Shown in pieces: positions 13,761 to 26,576 of a stretch of 64,000 nt of DNA (position 1 is the first letter of the stretch; every line of letters starts with the position of its first letter). Position numbers and translations under genes: made by a program. The notes below the pieces were generated by a model. It had not been told where the DNA came from. It did not search any database and was given only the letters and a program-made list of their open reading frames with translations. The DNA lies in the NCBI GenBank assembly GCA_951406725.2, contig OX597816.1, positions 88,722,001 through 88,786,000 on the forward strand. Reading direction: 5' to 3'. This DNA comes from Octopus vulgaris (Eukaryota).

Positions 13761-14234
13761 TAGGTAGTGTACAAAATACGTCTATGAGGCCCAGCAGTAT
13801 AAAACCAAACATATATCCTTAATACAATGAAAATATATATGAAGAGCCCAAAAGTAACTTTACTACAAACGGCACAAAAACTTCTCTTCCTAAAGCTAAG
13901 GTTTATAAATTGAGTAAAGACTTCCGTAATATAGCAACTCAGTGAAATAGATGAAAATATTAGTTATCATCATATAGGAACATCACCACTACTTTTGAAA
14001 GAATTGTTCCATCTGATACCATTCACTGCAGTACTTTATTAGTAATTTATATTTTCGACACTAAATGCATGAAAAGCAAATCGTACACCGAGTAGTTTTG
14101 AACTTAGAACGAAGTCTATCAGAACAAATCTCGCGAAGTATTCTTTTCCGCAGCTCTAATACGTCTAACAAGAATATGAAGAAGAAAAGAAGAGGATCAA
14201 ACAAGGAGAAGGGAGGAGGATAAATTGTAGTAGT

Positions 14235-14305
<71 letters not shown>

Positions 14306-14494
14306 CGAGAATAGGTGGAAGAGGATGTAGAACAATAACCACAAAAAGCTTCTAGAATTTGAGAAAGACAACAATCTACTGAAAAAATTAAATGAAATAA
14401 AATGTATGTATGTGTGCGTGGATGTACGAGTTTGTGTGTGTGCGTATGTATATGTGTTCGAGAGAGAGAGGGGGAGAGAGATAGAAAGAGAGAG

Positions 14495-14525
<31 letters not shown>

Positions 14526-14773
14526 TAAGAATGGGGAAAATATAAAAACCTACAGATATAAGAAATATACAAACTTGATAACATTAAATATGTATTATGA
14601 AATTGCGATGATAAATATCGGAGACTTAAACTGTCAACAAGAATTTAGATAGTAGTAGGGAAGTATTAATGTTTTTACCGCATCAGATGAGAATATAATA
14701 AGCTCCTTTCATTTTTTAAAAAAAAAACAAATCTATAAAAATAAGACCTCGTGTATATATATATATATATATA

Positions 14774-14818
<45 letters not shown>

Positions 14819-14956
14819 GTGTTTGTTTGTGTGCGTATGTATGCACATATATCCTGAAACATATAAGTGCTCCTTTATGCATGTATTTAGATGTATATTC
14901 TTTCTGTATATATATATATATACATACACACACACAGACACACACAGACACACACA

Positions 14957-15055
<99 letters not shown>

Positions 15056-15125
15056 GCATGTAATATATGGATAGCTAAGTGCTCATCGTATATATATAGG
15101 TATATATGTGTCTGTATATATATAT

Positions 15126-15171
<46 letters not shown>

Positions 15172-15617
15172 TAATAGATACACACACACATAGATACATA
15201 CACACAGACGCACACATATATAATACTGCGTTACACTTTGTATGAGTGTGTATATATGTGACGAGTGGTGGCACGTACGTAGTGAGAGGAATGTTGAATT
15301 TAATTCATCTGTACATTTTACTAGCTTTGGCAAAGTCAATCTTGTAGAAAATTCGATCGATTTCATGTTTTCTCGCCAAACCGTTTTAGTTTAAGGAAAT
15401 CAACACAAAAATCCGTGAGATTGAATTTTCTATAACTTCTTTCTTCAAAACAGTGCTGTTTAACATGTTCTCTTTGTCTTTTTCCTTTGCACATTATATA
15501 CTGTCTCCTTTGCCAACAAGCCCTTTGGATAACTTTTTATACTTTTGTCCTAATTTCTCATATCTACAATTTTTATGTGTGTGTGTTTATGTGAGCGCAG
15601 TTATGTATGTTACTTGC

Positions 15618-15860
15618 TAACTCTTGTTCTGGTTCTAGTGAATGGAAGGTGGCCATGCTGTGTCGCTGAGAAAGTTTAGTTGATCATATCTTCATGAAAA
15701 TTTATTTTTAAATCTGTTATATATTACTGTTACTGTGACAAACATAGGAAAAGCAACTGTGAAAATTATCTCCAGCACCTATATACACACTTGTGAATAT
15801 ACAAATATATAAATATTCAGACAGATAGGTTGACACACAGGCAGGCAAACTGATAAGTAA

Positions 15861-15910
<50 letters not shown>

Positions 15911-16654
15911 TGAGAGATTGAGAGATAGATGGATAGATAGATATTAGCATGTTTGGGTAAGTTTGTATGTGTGCGTGCGTTTGTGTCCACGTACTTGAGT
16001 TCATATTCTCATTGTCTTTTGTATGTAGTGAGGAATTTCAACCGTGTTTCATGGTCTGTTACCACAACAGCTCCTTTATAGGAACCAGTTAGCTCAAGAC
16101 ATCATCAGGGGGAACCACATCCGGTTTCGGCCCCTACTCCTCTAACGTTTCGACATGGCGCACCCCCCCCTGGTAACTCTTGTTCTGGTTCTAGAGGATG
16201 GATGGTGGCCATGCTGTGTCAGTATCTGAGAAAGTTTAGTTTATCATGGCGAACTGGCAGAAATGTTAGCACGCCGGGCGAAATACTTAGCAGTGTTTCG
16301 TCTGCTGCTACGTTCTGAGTTCAAATTAAGCTGAGGTCGACTTTGCCTTTCATCCTTTCGGGGTCGATAAATTAAGTACCAGTTTCGCACTGCAGTCGAT
16401 GTAATCGAGTTAATCCGTTTGTCTGTTCTTGTTTGTCCTCTCTATGTTTAGCCCTTTGTGGGCAATAAAGAAATAATATCTTCATGAAAATTTATTTTAA
16501 AATCTTTTATATATTACTTTTATTGAAATAAACATAGGAAAAGACACGGTGAAAGCTATCTCCAGCAACTCTATACACACTTGTGTATATACAAATACAT
16601 AAATATTCAAACAGACAGACAGGTTGACACACAGGTAGACAGACATATATGTAA

Positions 16655-16712
<58 letters not shown>

Positions 16713-16846
16713 GGATGGATAGATAGATATAAACATGTTTGTGTTAGTTTGTATGTGTGAGTGCGTGTGTGTTTGTGTGTTGGCGCGCGCGCGCACACGT
16801 GTGTGTCCCTGTACTTGAGCTCATATTCCCATTGTCTTTTGTATGT
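15618..16846. repeat. Diverged tandem duplication of a ~410-bp unit (15618-16027 and 16174-16846)
   Basis: Both copies begin TAACTCTTGTTCTGGTTCTAG, contain a (GATA)n run and end CATTGTCTTTTGTATGTA; the second copy carries a SINE insertion. Confidence 0.85.
16248..16476 (+). mobile_element. tRNA-derived SINE family A, full length
   Basis: A-box-like TGGCAGAAATG, B-box GAGTTCAAATT, conserved central GAGGTCGACTTTGCCTTTCATCCTTTCGGGGTCGATAAATTAAGTACCAG and tail AATAAAGAAATAA; ends are defined by the empty site in the duplicate at ~15688. Confidence 0.85.
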
Positions 16847-16849
16847 ATT

Positions 16850-17086
16850 TATACCTATTTCTTTATTACCCACAAGGGGCTAAATACAGAGGGGACAAAC
16901 AAGGACAGACAAAGGGATTAAGTCGATTACATCGACCCCAGTGCGTAACTGGTGCTTAGTTTATCGACCCCGAAAGGATGAAAGGCAAAGTCGACCTCGG
17001 TGGAATTTGAACTCAGAACGTAACGGCAGACGAAATACGGCTACGCATTTCGCCCAGCGTGCTAACGTTTCTGCCAGCTCGCCACC
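16850..17086 (-). mobile_element. SINE family A
   Basis: Reverse complement of the copy at 16248-16476. Confidence 0.85.
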
Positions 17087-17995
17087 TTATGTAGTTATTA
17101 TACCCTCAATACCAGCACCGACCAACTGCCACCACGCTAATCAATCTTTCATCATATCACTATCTCTCTGCTTCTCTCACTTTCATGCTTTCTCTTTCTT
17201 TTCTCTCCTATGCTCTTGCATCATGCCATTACTTTATTCCTCCTCATTATCGTTGGCATCTCTCTGACTTACCCTATTCTCTTTACCCTATGCCTCTCTC
17301 TCTCACTCTCTCTCTCTCCATCTATATATCTCTCTGCTTTTGCTTTCTCTCTTTTTCTTTCCCTTCTATACTCCGACGCTACTATTCGATTTCCTCTTTC
17401 CTCCCGTAATAGTCAAAGTAATATAACAAAAAGAGATGGACCCTCGAAATAAAATAGCAATGTTACTATTTTATCAGATTAATTATTTATTATTGTACTG
17501 CAGGTGAATACATTTCAGGTAATGAAAATGGCATAACCGATTTTAATTAATTTAAGTGGGAAATCAAATTTTGCGTGTACAAGTTTCAGTTACCTCCAGG
17601 AATATGTTTCTAAGAATATATTTTCTATTAGCATCATGTCCAATCTCCGTGACAAGAGTTTGGCCAAAATATCGAAAGAATTGAGATAGTTACAAAGTAT
17701 TGTGCCAATGCAAAAGTTAGTCTACAATAGTTGCTGAATGACCTGCAACCCCAAAACTGCATTTCGTTTGCACTAATGAGGAATGAAGTTATTCTGTGTA
17801 GACCACCACAGAGATCCTTACAGATACATATTAGTAAATGCACACACATATCAATACAGTCCCCTATATGTGCGTGTGTATGTGTGTGCATGCATGCATA
17901 CGACATGTATGAGTGTGTGTGTGTGTCTGTCTGTTCTGTGTTCAATTAAATATAATAATAGTTTTAGCTTGAGAAAATGTTCCCAATTCGTTATG

Positions 17996-18052
<57 letters not shown>

Positions 18053-18113
18053 TATATATATATATGTATGTATGTATGTACATACATGCGTACGTACGTA
18101 CATATATACGAAC

Positions 18114-18210
18114 ATGAAGGCTGGAGGGTATATCAGCCGAAATGTTGCGTTAACAACAAACAATATAAGGACATATATCCGTCAAATGTAAGTAATGTAA
18201 ATAATGTAGA
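18114..18210 (+). repeat. Hammerhead-bearing short repeat, 5'-truncated copy (PLE pseudo-LTR-like)
   Basis: ATGAAGGCTGGAGGGTATATCAGCCGAAATGTTGCGTTAACAACAAAC...ATCCGTCAAATGTAA matches 29649-29730. Confidence 0.65.
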
Positions 18211-18355
18211 ATGTGTTTAGTAAGTGGATTTTTAATGCACTAACTCTTAAACCAATAGATGTAAAAGATGAGTTTTGAAATGATTATTTTAAATATGCCG
18301 CATTACAGTAATGCCTTTGCTACGCATACGTTTTGTAATATGTATGCGTTTCTAA

Positions 18356-18570
18356 GGTGGGAAGCTGGCAGAAACTTTAGCATGCCGGGCGAAATGCTTA
18401 GCGATATTTCGTCTGTCTTTACGTTCTGAGTTCAAATTCCGCCGAGGTCGACTTTGCCTTTCATCCTTCCGGGATCGATAAATTAAGTACCAGTTGCGTA
18501 CTAGGGTCGATCTAATCGACTGGCCCCTCCCCCAAAATTTCGGGCCTTGTGCCTAGAGTAGAAAAGAATA
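18356..18570 (+). mobile_element. SINE family A (variant tail)
   Basis: Same head and central domain as 16248-16476 but a different 3' tail. Confidence 0.8.
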
Positions 18571-19283
18571 TGTATGCGTTCCTATTAGTACATATGGAGT
18601 TAGTTGCACTTAGCAAGGACGGAGCTGTTGATTGTTCAGTTGAGACTGGCTCATCATTGTGACAGCTTGTGGTAAATTTCATGCGGTTGAAGAGAAAATC
18701 GTATTATGTTCTGAAATTTATATTTATCATATGGGAAAATGCTCGAAAATTTTTTTACTGTAAAACCTTCAAGATTGTGTTTTGGAGCGTAACAATCCAT
18801 GCTTCCTCCGTTGGTATGAGGAATTTCGGGTGTTTTGATTGTATTTTAAAATTTTGAGTGAATTCATACAATGATATTCAAAATTTACTTTAAAGTGTTC
18901 TCCACTATAAAACAATTAGAAAATTTTGTAGGGTATATTTCGAACTCAATTATTAATAATGTTTTGTCGGATGTATCATAACTTACATCAGTTTTGCTTT
19001 TTCAATTTTTCAACAGAATAGAATATTCCTACGGGAATACATTGAATTATAGAAATTTAAGAAGAAAGTTAAAAATTAATTATAATATAATTATGTTAGC
19101 TGTTCCTATAAAGAACTTGTGACTGTGTATCCATGAATGTTCACTTATAGGGCTATTATTACTGTACAACCTCCCTACTATACATGATATTTTCGAAAAG
19201 AAGGAAACTGACATTTTTGCTGGGATCTTAGTTTCTGTACTTAAGACAATAGTTCGGTATCTTTCCTTTCCATTCAAAATAAG

Positions 19284-19376
<93 letters not shown>

Positions 19377-19899
19377 CTGTCTTTATTAGGGCAATGGCCT
19401 TATAATTCTCCAAAATTTCAATCAGCAAGATGAAATGAAATAAAAATGACAGACTGGTTCCAAAGAACATCATATTCCTTCGGAGCAACTTTGTGGGCTT
19501 ATTTATTTTAAAGCCGTTATATGTAAAATTCCTTTTAGTTACGACAGTGCTAGTTGAAGAATATTTAAATTCTAGAAAACGGCAATATTTTTTTTATTGT
19601 TGTTTACTCTTAATTATAAACAGTAGAATTATGTAAGATCTTGGACATTGTCTTTACATGTGCGCTAGACAACTATAAAATGTGAATAAAATGAATTCCT
19701 TAGTCGATAATTTCTGAAGTATGAAATATGGATGGATATTGACTTCTTGTGATTACGGATTACAACAATTTTCACACTTGAAAAGTTATTATAATTCAAT
19801 ATGTTACTAAAACGAATCAACCATCTTGTGTTGAAAGATAATTCTTCAGAGGCCTTTGATAAATTCATTATCCGTTTGAAAGAAAGCTTAGACTTTCGA

Positions 19900-22300
19900 A
19901 GTCAGATGAAGAGGAAAAACTGGTTTTATTTCTATTATTTGTGGTAAATACAACAGCCTATAGTTACAATGAAATGGTGTTATAAAAGAGAAGGCTGTTG
20001 CTACAATGAAATTATGTAACGTGGACTAATAAAAGTTTGCAAACTATTCAAGAGAAACACTTTCATTGCTTCGGACTATATGCAGTGAATGAATAAGATT
20101 ATATGCGTTAAAACAATAGTCTGGACAATCTATTAACGCCTTTGCAAATTCTTCTTGACCCCAACTTTAAAAAAATAGAGAAACTGATCGAAAGGCAGTA
20201 TGCAAGAGACTTACCGTATCTCATTAACGACCTTTTGTTAATAAATACATCTTAATTTTAAGATGGTACAGCATTTTGCAAATCTATGTCGAAAATCAAT
20301 ATCGGCAGTACCATACCATCATGGAGCTAATACGAAATTCCTTTGAAGTATTGTAAATTGATACTACCAAGGGTAGTTCAATAATAGTGATAGTTAATTG
20401 TCTTTTGTTTACATGAATTAATTGTGAAATATCTTGGCATTCAATACTTCTACAAGTAAACAGTGTTTATAAAGTTTCATACTTGCAAACAACTCGTGGT
20501 AAGGTTATGCTGCTCAACGAAAATACATGCAGACCTGAATATCAATGTTACCAACCTTAATTGAGTCATTATACAAATAAGGTTCATGCTCTTTAAGTAT
20601 GTTAAATTTTTATACGAGTTTTCTTTTTTTTCTGTTATTTGCACCAAAAAAGTGAAATTCAACTATGGTGCCTACAATGAAATCTTCTACCAAGACCCTG
20701 AAGTGCTTCGTCAGATTGTGTGGAGTTGTCAATATTCGGATACATGATTCTGAATGCACACGCAGTTTAAGGCAAAGCGAGGTTTATTTATGCAAAGAAA
20801 ATAAACATAATTTGTGAAACAAATACAAACATTGAAAGTGATGAAGTTATGTTGTACGTGAAAAATCTGTTTCTGACATCTTAGGAAGCCTTCATCACAA
20901 TTTTGGTTTTTACAAATTGAATTCAAAAGTTAATTTATACTATAGAGTATTTTTGTTGCATGTGTTGCTCCGAAATTTAATAACATACCTGACAAACCAT
21001 CAAAGCATCTAATTTTCGGAGACCCTAGGTTCATCAAAATTATAGCTGACCAAGTTATGCAATCAACAAAATATTAACAGCGACTGCTACTTGTAGAACG
21101 AAAATCAATTACTAAAACTGGCAATGCTTTCACATTTGCCGTGTGAAATGAAACTTCTTAAGCTATTCTCCAATTTCTTTCCCTATTGATAATTTTATTT
21201 GTGCTCTAACTTCTGTTCAAAGTAATCATGATACTCAAATTGAAAATTCTGGATTCGGGGGATTTTAAAATAGATCAAGTATTCATATTCTTTAAAGATA
21301 TAATCACCTGAAATCATAATGTATCAATTCTCAAGTCGTGCAACATTAGAACGTCCAGACTGGATATCATATATAAAGCACGAACATCAATAAGGAAATG
21401 TGTATCTGAAATGTATAAATTATTAAAATCTTCACGTTAATTAAATTTGCTTTAAGGTAGTGTAATATAATTTCAATCAGCTGGTTATCTCGAGCCACTG
21501 ATCCGAAACTGAAGATAACCTTGATGAAATCTTTAAACATTTGTTCTCTCTATGAGACTAATATAATTACTCTTGCAAAAATAATGATGACACAATTGGG
21601 CAACGGAAGAGGAGAATAAAACAATTCGTCACATCAAGATGCGCTGCTTTTGATCAAGTATCAAGAGCCGATTTCAAAATTTCTCAGCAACTTAATGCAT
21701 GTTCAAGTTATTCGCAAGAATCTTTATCGATATATTCTATAATTGCTTTCAGTCATGCAAGAAGGTTGAATTTCCTCGACAACGTTCATTAAGAATGCAG
21801 CACCGAATTTTTTCCACATATTTCCGCATCTTTCTAAGGACTGCTCATCCTGAATGCTTTTCATCTTGAATTAAGACACGTTTGGACTTGATATGCACTT
21901 ACTAGTCAAAATCATGTCCCCAGCTTGTAGGTTGTCACTAAAAGCGTAATAAAGCATTTTAGACTCTTGGTAATAAATTTTCCAACTTCATATTACATTC
22001 AATTTAGACGCCTTGCTCATATTTGTCATCCATCTTTAAAAAGATGAGCTGTTCCAATACATCGTTAGAAAATGCGACATAAAATTTGAGCATGCATAAA
22101 TAGCAAGAACATGACTTCTTGAGTTTCAGTAACTTTACTTCCAATAAAAGTCATCAGTGCTTGAATTTCTCTTGAACAGTATAATCTCAGCACATAAGGT
22201 CCTAAATCCTTCTGATGGTATTTTGTAGTATAAAGCCGTACATGAATCTATTCAATACACTATCAAAATCTTTTCAAGGGAAAATTATAATTAGACGTCA
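19900..22300 (-). pseudogene. Possible ancient hAT-type transposase relic
   Basis: Minus-strand fragments resembling TRWNST (CRGNSTF near 21765-21785) and LDPR (near 21025-21035) in the expected order; heavily decayed, boundaries approximate. Confidence 0.3.
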
Positions 22301-22394
22301 TAAACTAAATACTGGTACAAACATCTTTATTGAATACCATACATAGAGATCAAATAATCTGGAAAAATATAGTCATTAATATCGGTTTCAACTT

Positions 22395-22810
22395 TTGGCA
22401 CAAGGCCAGCAATTTCGGATGAGGGGTAAGTCGGTTACATCGATCGCAGTACTCAACTGGTACTTAGTTTTTCGACCCCGAGAGGATGAAAATGAAGGAC
22501 GATCTCTGCGGAATTTGAACGTAAATACGGACAAAATGCCGGTAACCATATTGCACGGTGTGCTAACGATTCTGCCAACTTGTCGCCTTAACACAGTCAT
22601 TAACATCAGCTTGAAAGTTTGGCACGAGGCCGGGGGAGAAGGTAAGTCATTTTCATGAACCCAGTGCTGAAAGAGTACTGATTATATTCTCTGCGAAAGA
22701 ATGGAAGGCAAAAATGACCTCGGAGAATTTGAACTCAAAACCTGAAAACGGACGAAATGCCGCTAAGCAGATGGCCCGACGTGCAAACGATTCTAACAGC
22801 TTCCTGTCGT
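22395..22810 (-). mobile_element. Two adjacent diverged SINE family A copies
   Basis: CGACCCCGAGAGGATGAAA...GAATTTGAAC...GCTAACGATTCTGCC pattern occurs twice (about 22395-22590 and 22615-22810). Confidence 0.7.
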
Positions 22811-23332
22811 AATTTAGTAATTAAAATTAAAAAGGCTAACTTTCAAATTCCGCTGAGATCGAATTTGCCTCTTATCATTCCCCGAAATTGATGCCCTTGT
22901 GCCAAACATTGTAACTAATATTGAAAGCTGAATATACAACATATTTGCAAAGAAAAGTTGTTTGATATTGTAATAAGCCGAAAAAACTATTGGGGTTGTT
23001 AAAAATACGAATGGGGCAAAATATGATCACCTGAAAAAGAAAAGAAAATTCTGTGCAAATTCAATATAAATGTAGCTTCTGACATATTCACAAATAAAAC
23101 CAAATATCTTAGCGTTTATCAAAACATTTTTGTTTGAACCAATCAAAATTACCACATGCTGTTCAATAAAATCCCTATAATAGTAGCTATAGATGTATGA
23201 AGAACAGCATTGCTTTGACACATCAAGGCAATAAGAAAGTCATGTTCTAAAATGGGATTTTTGTACCTAGGCAACTTAATATCTGAACATAATATCGGAA
23301 GGTATTATATTAGATGCCAAAGAACATATATG

Positions 23333-23363
<31 letters not shown>

Positions 23364-24091
23364 ATGTATGTGTATGTGTGTGTGTGTTCGTGTGTTGAAG
23401 TGCAAAATCACAGGAATATTGACATTCTCTCCAAATGAGAATAAAATAAATGTAACACTATTTCAGTACATTCAGAATTTGAAGCAGTCCGATGTAAACA
23501 GCACCATAATACGCTTGTGGAAACAGTTAAAATACGGATGCTTTGCCACACCAGCAAGAATAACATTTCTATATACGTGTTTACGATGCTACGATAAGGG
23601 AAGTGATAGTTTCGCTAAGCAGACACTAGAATAAATATATCTTTAGACAACTATGTTTTATTGTGGATGGGATAGAATATTAATTGCTTCTAGAAATGGC
23701 TAAGTCAATACAGACCTGTATACAACGTCTCATCAAGGTGAAAATTTTCTTCGAACAGAAACAAACTCTACGCCCACTGACGAATGTGTACTTAGAGCAA
23801 GATCTCAAACTTTAGGAATTTGAATTTAATAAAAGTCCCATTGAATAAATTTATAAGAACGAAAATAGCTATTAAGAAACTATGTAATTGCATATATGCG
23901 TACAAGTATGTATATTTGAATATACATATGTAAATGCATACAATACAGAGAGAGTGGGAAGGAGAGAGAGCGAATTTTAGGATTCAGTTCGGCACAGTGA
24001 GATCGCTATCCAGTACAAAACAACATTAGCGGAACATATACGTACATATCGGAGTAAAAACAAATTTATATTCCAGTTACAGGTACTATAT

Positions 24092-24206
24092 GTAGACATA
24101 CTCGCAAAAACAACCTCTTACAACTCTACCAAGAGACGGTGCGACCTCTGCTTAACCGAACGCCTGGAAATACTATCGACCAAACAGCTTCTTCTTAATA
24201 GAAAAT
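24092..24206 (+). pseudogene. Penelope-like element C-terminal relic (CxLCLxE motif)
   Basis: Reads *DILAKTTSYNSTKRRCDLCLTERLEILSTKQLLLNRK, matching the W.IL.K...Y.....RC.LCL.EK..I....LN.R tail of some PLE GIY-YIG domains. Confidence 0.6.
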
Positions 24207-24229
24207 ATCCATTCCAGGCAGTGACCTGG

Positions 24230-24290
<61 letters not shown>

Positions 24291-24451
24291 GCTCCGGGCT
24301 GAATAACAACAGGAAGAAGCTCCGGGCTGAATAACAAAAGGAAGAAGCTCCGGGCTGAATAACAACAGGAAGAAGCTCCGGGCTGAATAACAACAGGAAG
24401 AAGCTCCGGGCTGAATAACAACAGGAAGAAGCTCCGGGCTGAATAACAACA
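24291..24451 (+). repeat. 28-bp tandem repeat GCTCCGGGCTGAATAACAACAGGAAGAA x5 plus a 21-bp partial unit
   Basis: Units start at 24291, 24319, 24347, 24375, 24403 and 24431; one substitution in unit 2. Confidence 0.95.
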
Positions 24452-24719
24452 TGGATGTTCCCTGGGAGCCTCTCTCCAAAAAACGAATTTAATCCAACAA
24501 CATCGTTGCAATGGAAGAAAGGTTCCACAAAATATATTTTCCAAACTTTCTTTTAAGGCAAAGTAACTAAAAAGTCCGAACTATTATTGCCATATATAGT
24601 ATGGTTTTCTTTCTTTTATGCATAATAATTCCATGTGACATGCATAAGAAATAGAAGCGAACATCAGAGCTCTTGAAAGACAGTAGGTACATAAATTGAT
24701 TAATTAATTAATTAATTAA

Positions 24720-24819
24720 ATAAGTATACATGCAACTGTTTATGCATACACGTAGACATTTTAATTATAAAGTATACATGCAACTGTTTGTGCATACATG
24801 TACACATTTTAATTATAAA
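24720..24819. repeat. ~50-bp tandem duplication in the retroelement 5' UTR
   Basis: AAGTATACATGCAACTGTTT(A/G)TGCATACA(C/T)GTA(G/C)ACATTTTAATTATA occurs twice. Confidence 0.85.
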
Positions 24820-24971
24820 GCATAAATAATGCTTACACGCGCTCACACATACACACAGAAAGAAAAACCACGTTACGCGGACGAAAACAAAACAAAAACA
24901 AAGCGATTTTTCACGAACAAACGCAAAAAAGAGCAAATTGGTCACTGAATTTAGAAAGTCACTGAACAGTT

Positions 24972-26576
24972 ATGCCCGGAAACATGACTACCAAAATAAA
25001 TAGAAGCGAATTTCGATCTGTAAGTCTTATGCGAGTTCGATATGAACAATATATTAATTCGGAGAATTCAGAAGCGGTGTCTTGTCAAAAAATTGACCCT
25101 GTACAAACACTCCCTTCTTCTAACGACACCGTCACAGAGGCGGCGTCTTGTCAAAAAGTTGACTCTGAAAAAATGGACCCCTCTGATGTCGCCGTCAATC
25201 ATTTAATGAAAACAAGCCAAAAATCATGCCGGATCGGTCATCGCCCGGGACAACAAGGACCGCGTTACCCAGTAGGGAACCAGACTGGGGTCGAAAAGTT
25301 TGCTGCTGGAACAAACTCTCAAAAAGACGATCTACCAGGTGACCAGAACCAGAATACTTCTAACTCTGGACTTGTAGTGACACCACCAAAAACACCACCT
25401 AAAGCAAAACGTATAAAATGGACCAGAGAGGACTATAGAGATGTGTTGAAAGCTTTTTATACAGCCCAACTAAACCCAAATAATAACCTCAGTGTACAAA
25501 CATACATCTCATGGAGAAATTCAGTAGGCAATGACGTACGTAGATATATAGACGCAAATAAATTAAGTAATGTACGCAGAGATATAATTAAAAACAAAAG
25601 ACTAACTGACGCTGAAATTGACAAAATTAGGACACTGATAGCTCATGGTAGACCAAAAGAAAACAGCAACAATGTAGACGAAATAGGTAACAGTAGCACA
25701 GAAACCAGTGTACAAGCGGCAAATCAACTTCCCAATGGGGAAGTTAAACAAAGAATAGCGAAGACGAGAGATTTGAAAACACAGGAGAACGTAGACCTTC
25801 CTCAAGAAAACCAAAATAGATATGACATAGAATTTGAGGTGAATAATAGAGAAAAGATTATGGAAGCAAAAGTGGACATTATGAGAGAACTCGGCAAGAT
25901 TGAGCTCACTGACATGGTTAATAGAGAACCACTACCAAAGTTTTCAAATGGCACAAGAAATAACAACACAATCATGACATATAACGTTGCCCTAGGACAG
26001 ATCTTAAGAAATACGGGGAATGATTTGACAACCTTAAATAATCTCATTTATTCCACTGCTAAAGTAGTAACTACCCAACTAGGTATTAAGATGACAAAGA
26101 AAAAGGCCAGGCATGTCAATGAACCTCCTAAGTGGAAAGTAGCGATACAAAAAGAGATTGAATCTCTGCGGGCGGATGTTTCAGTTCTCGATGAGCTTGC
26201 TAGAGGAGTGAATATTAAGCCGAGAAAAGCAAGAAAAATCAAGCAAAAATATAAAATCAAAGATCTCATAAACCTCCCTGCAACTAAGGAACTGTTGAAA
26301 CAACGGATACAGTTGAAAGCTCAACGGCTTAGAAGGTATGACAAAAGAAACAAATTTTATCGACAAAATAAATTTTTTAAGACAGATGCAAAGAAATTTT
26401 ATAGGAAAATTGGCAAAAATAAAATACACATAGAAGATCCACCTAAGATTGAGGAAGTGGAGGAGTTCTGGAAGAAGGTATGGAGCAACGAAAAAGAGTT
26501 TAATGCTGAGGCTGACTGGATAGAACGTGAGAAAAGAGACTGGATGAACTTGAAGAACAGAAATGGGAAGCAATAG
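24972..26576 (+). CDS. R4/Dong ORF, N-terminal part (Myb-like DNA-binding region and pre-RT region)
   Basis: KRIKWTREDYRDVLKAFY...WRNSVG...KLSNVRRDIIKNKRLTDAEIDKI (Myb-like); PPKWK..., KQRIQLKAQRLRRYDKRNKFYRQNKFFKTDAKKFYR and EEFWKKVW are typical of the R4 clade. The protein continues in the -1 frame from ~26537. Confidence 0.85.
   Translation: MPGNMTTKINRSEFRSVSLMRVRYEQYINSENSEAVSCQKIDPVQTLPSSNDTVTEAASCQKVDSEKMDPSDVAVNHLMKTSQKSCRIGHRPGQQGPRYPVGNQTGVEKFAAGTNSQKDDLPGDQNQNTSNSGLVVTPPKTPPKAKRIKWTREDYRDVLKAFYTAQLNPNNNLSVQTYISWRNSVGNDVRRYIDANKLSNVRRDIIKNKRLTDAEIDKIRTLIAHGRPKENSNNVDEIGNSSTETSVQAANQLPNGEVKQRIAKTRDLKTQENVDLPQENQNRYDIEFEVNNREKIMEAKVDIMRELGKIELTDMVNREPLPKFSNGTRNNNTIMTYNVALGQILRNTGNDLTTLNNLIYSTAKVVTTQLGIKMTKKKARHVNEPPKWKVAIQKEIESLRADVSVLDELARGVNIKPRKARKIKQKYKIKDLINLPATKELLKQRIQLKAQRLRRYDKRNKFYRQNKFFKTDAKKFYRKIGKNKIHIEDPPKIEEVEEFWKKVWSNEKEFNAEADWIEREKRDWMNLKNRNGKQ

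Noticed and set aside
24291-24451. CRISPR-like array
   Set aside because: Units are contiguous and identical with no unique spacers; no cas genes; eukaryotic context.
24431-24510. HDV-like ribozyme at the retroelement 5' end (GCUCC/GGAGC with GAUGUU/AACAUC pseudoknot)
   Set aside because: Some pairings exist, but the P3/L3/P1.1 elements of the HDV fold cannot be placed; not supportable by eye.
26529-26542. Programmed -1 ribosomal frameshift in the Dong ORF
   Set aside because: No X-XXY-YYZ slippery heptamer, and R4-clade elements normally have one ORF; a 1-bp deletion or sequencing error is simpler.
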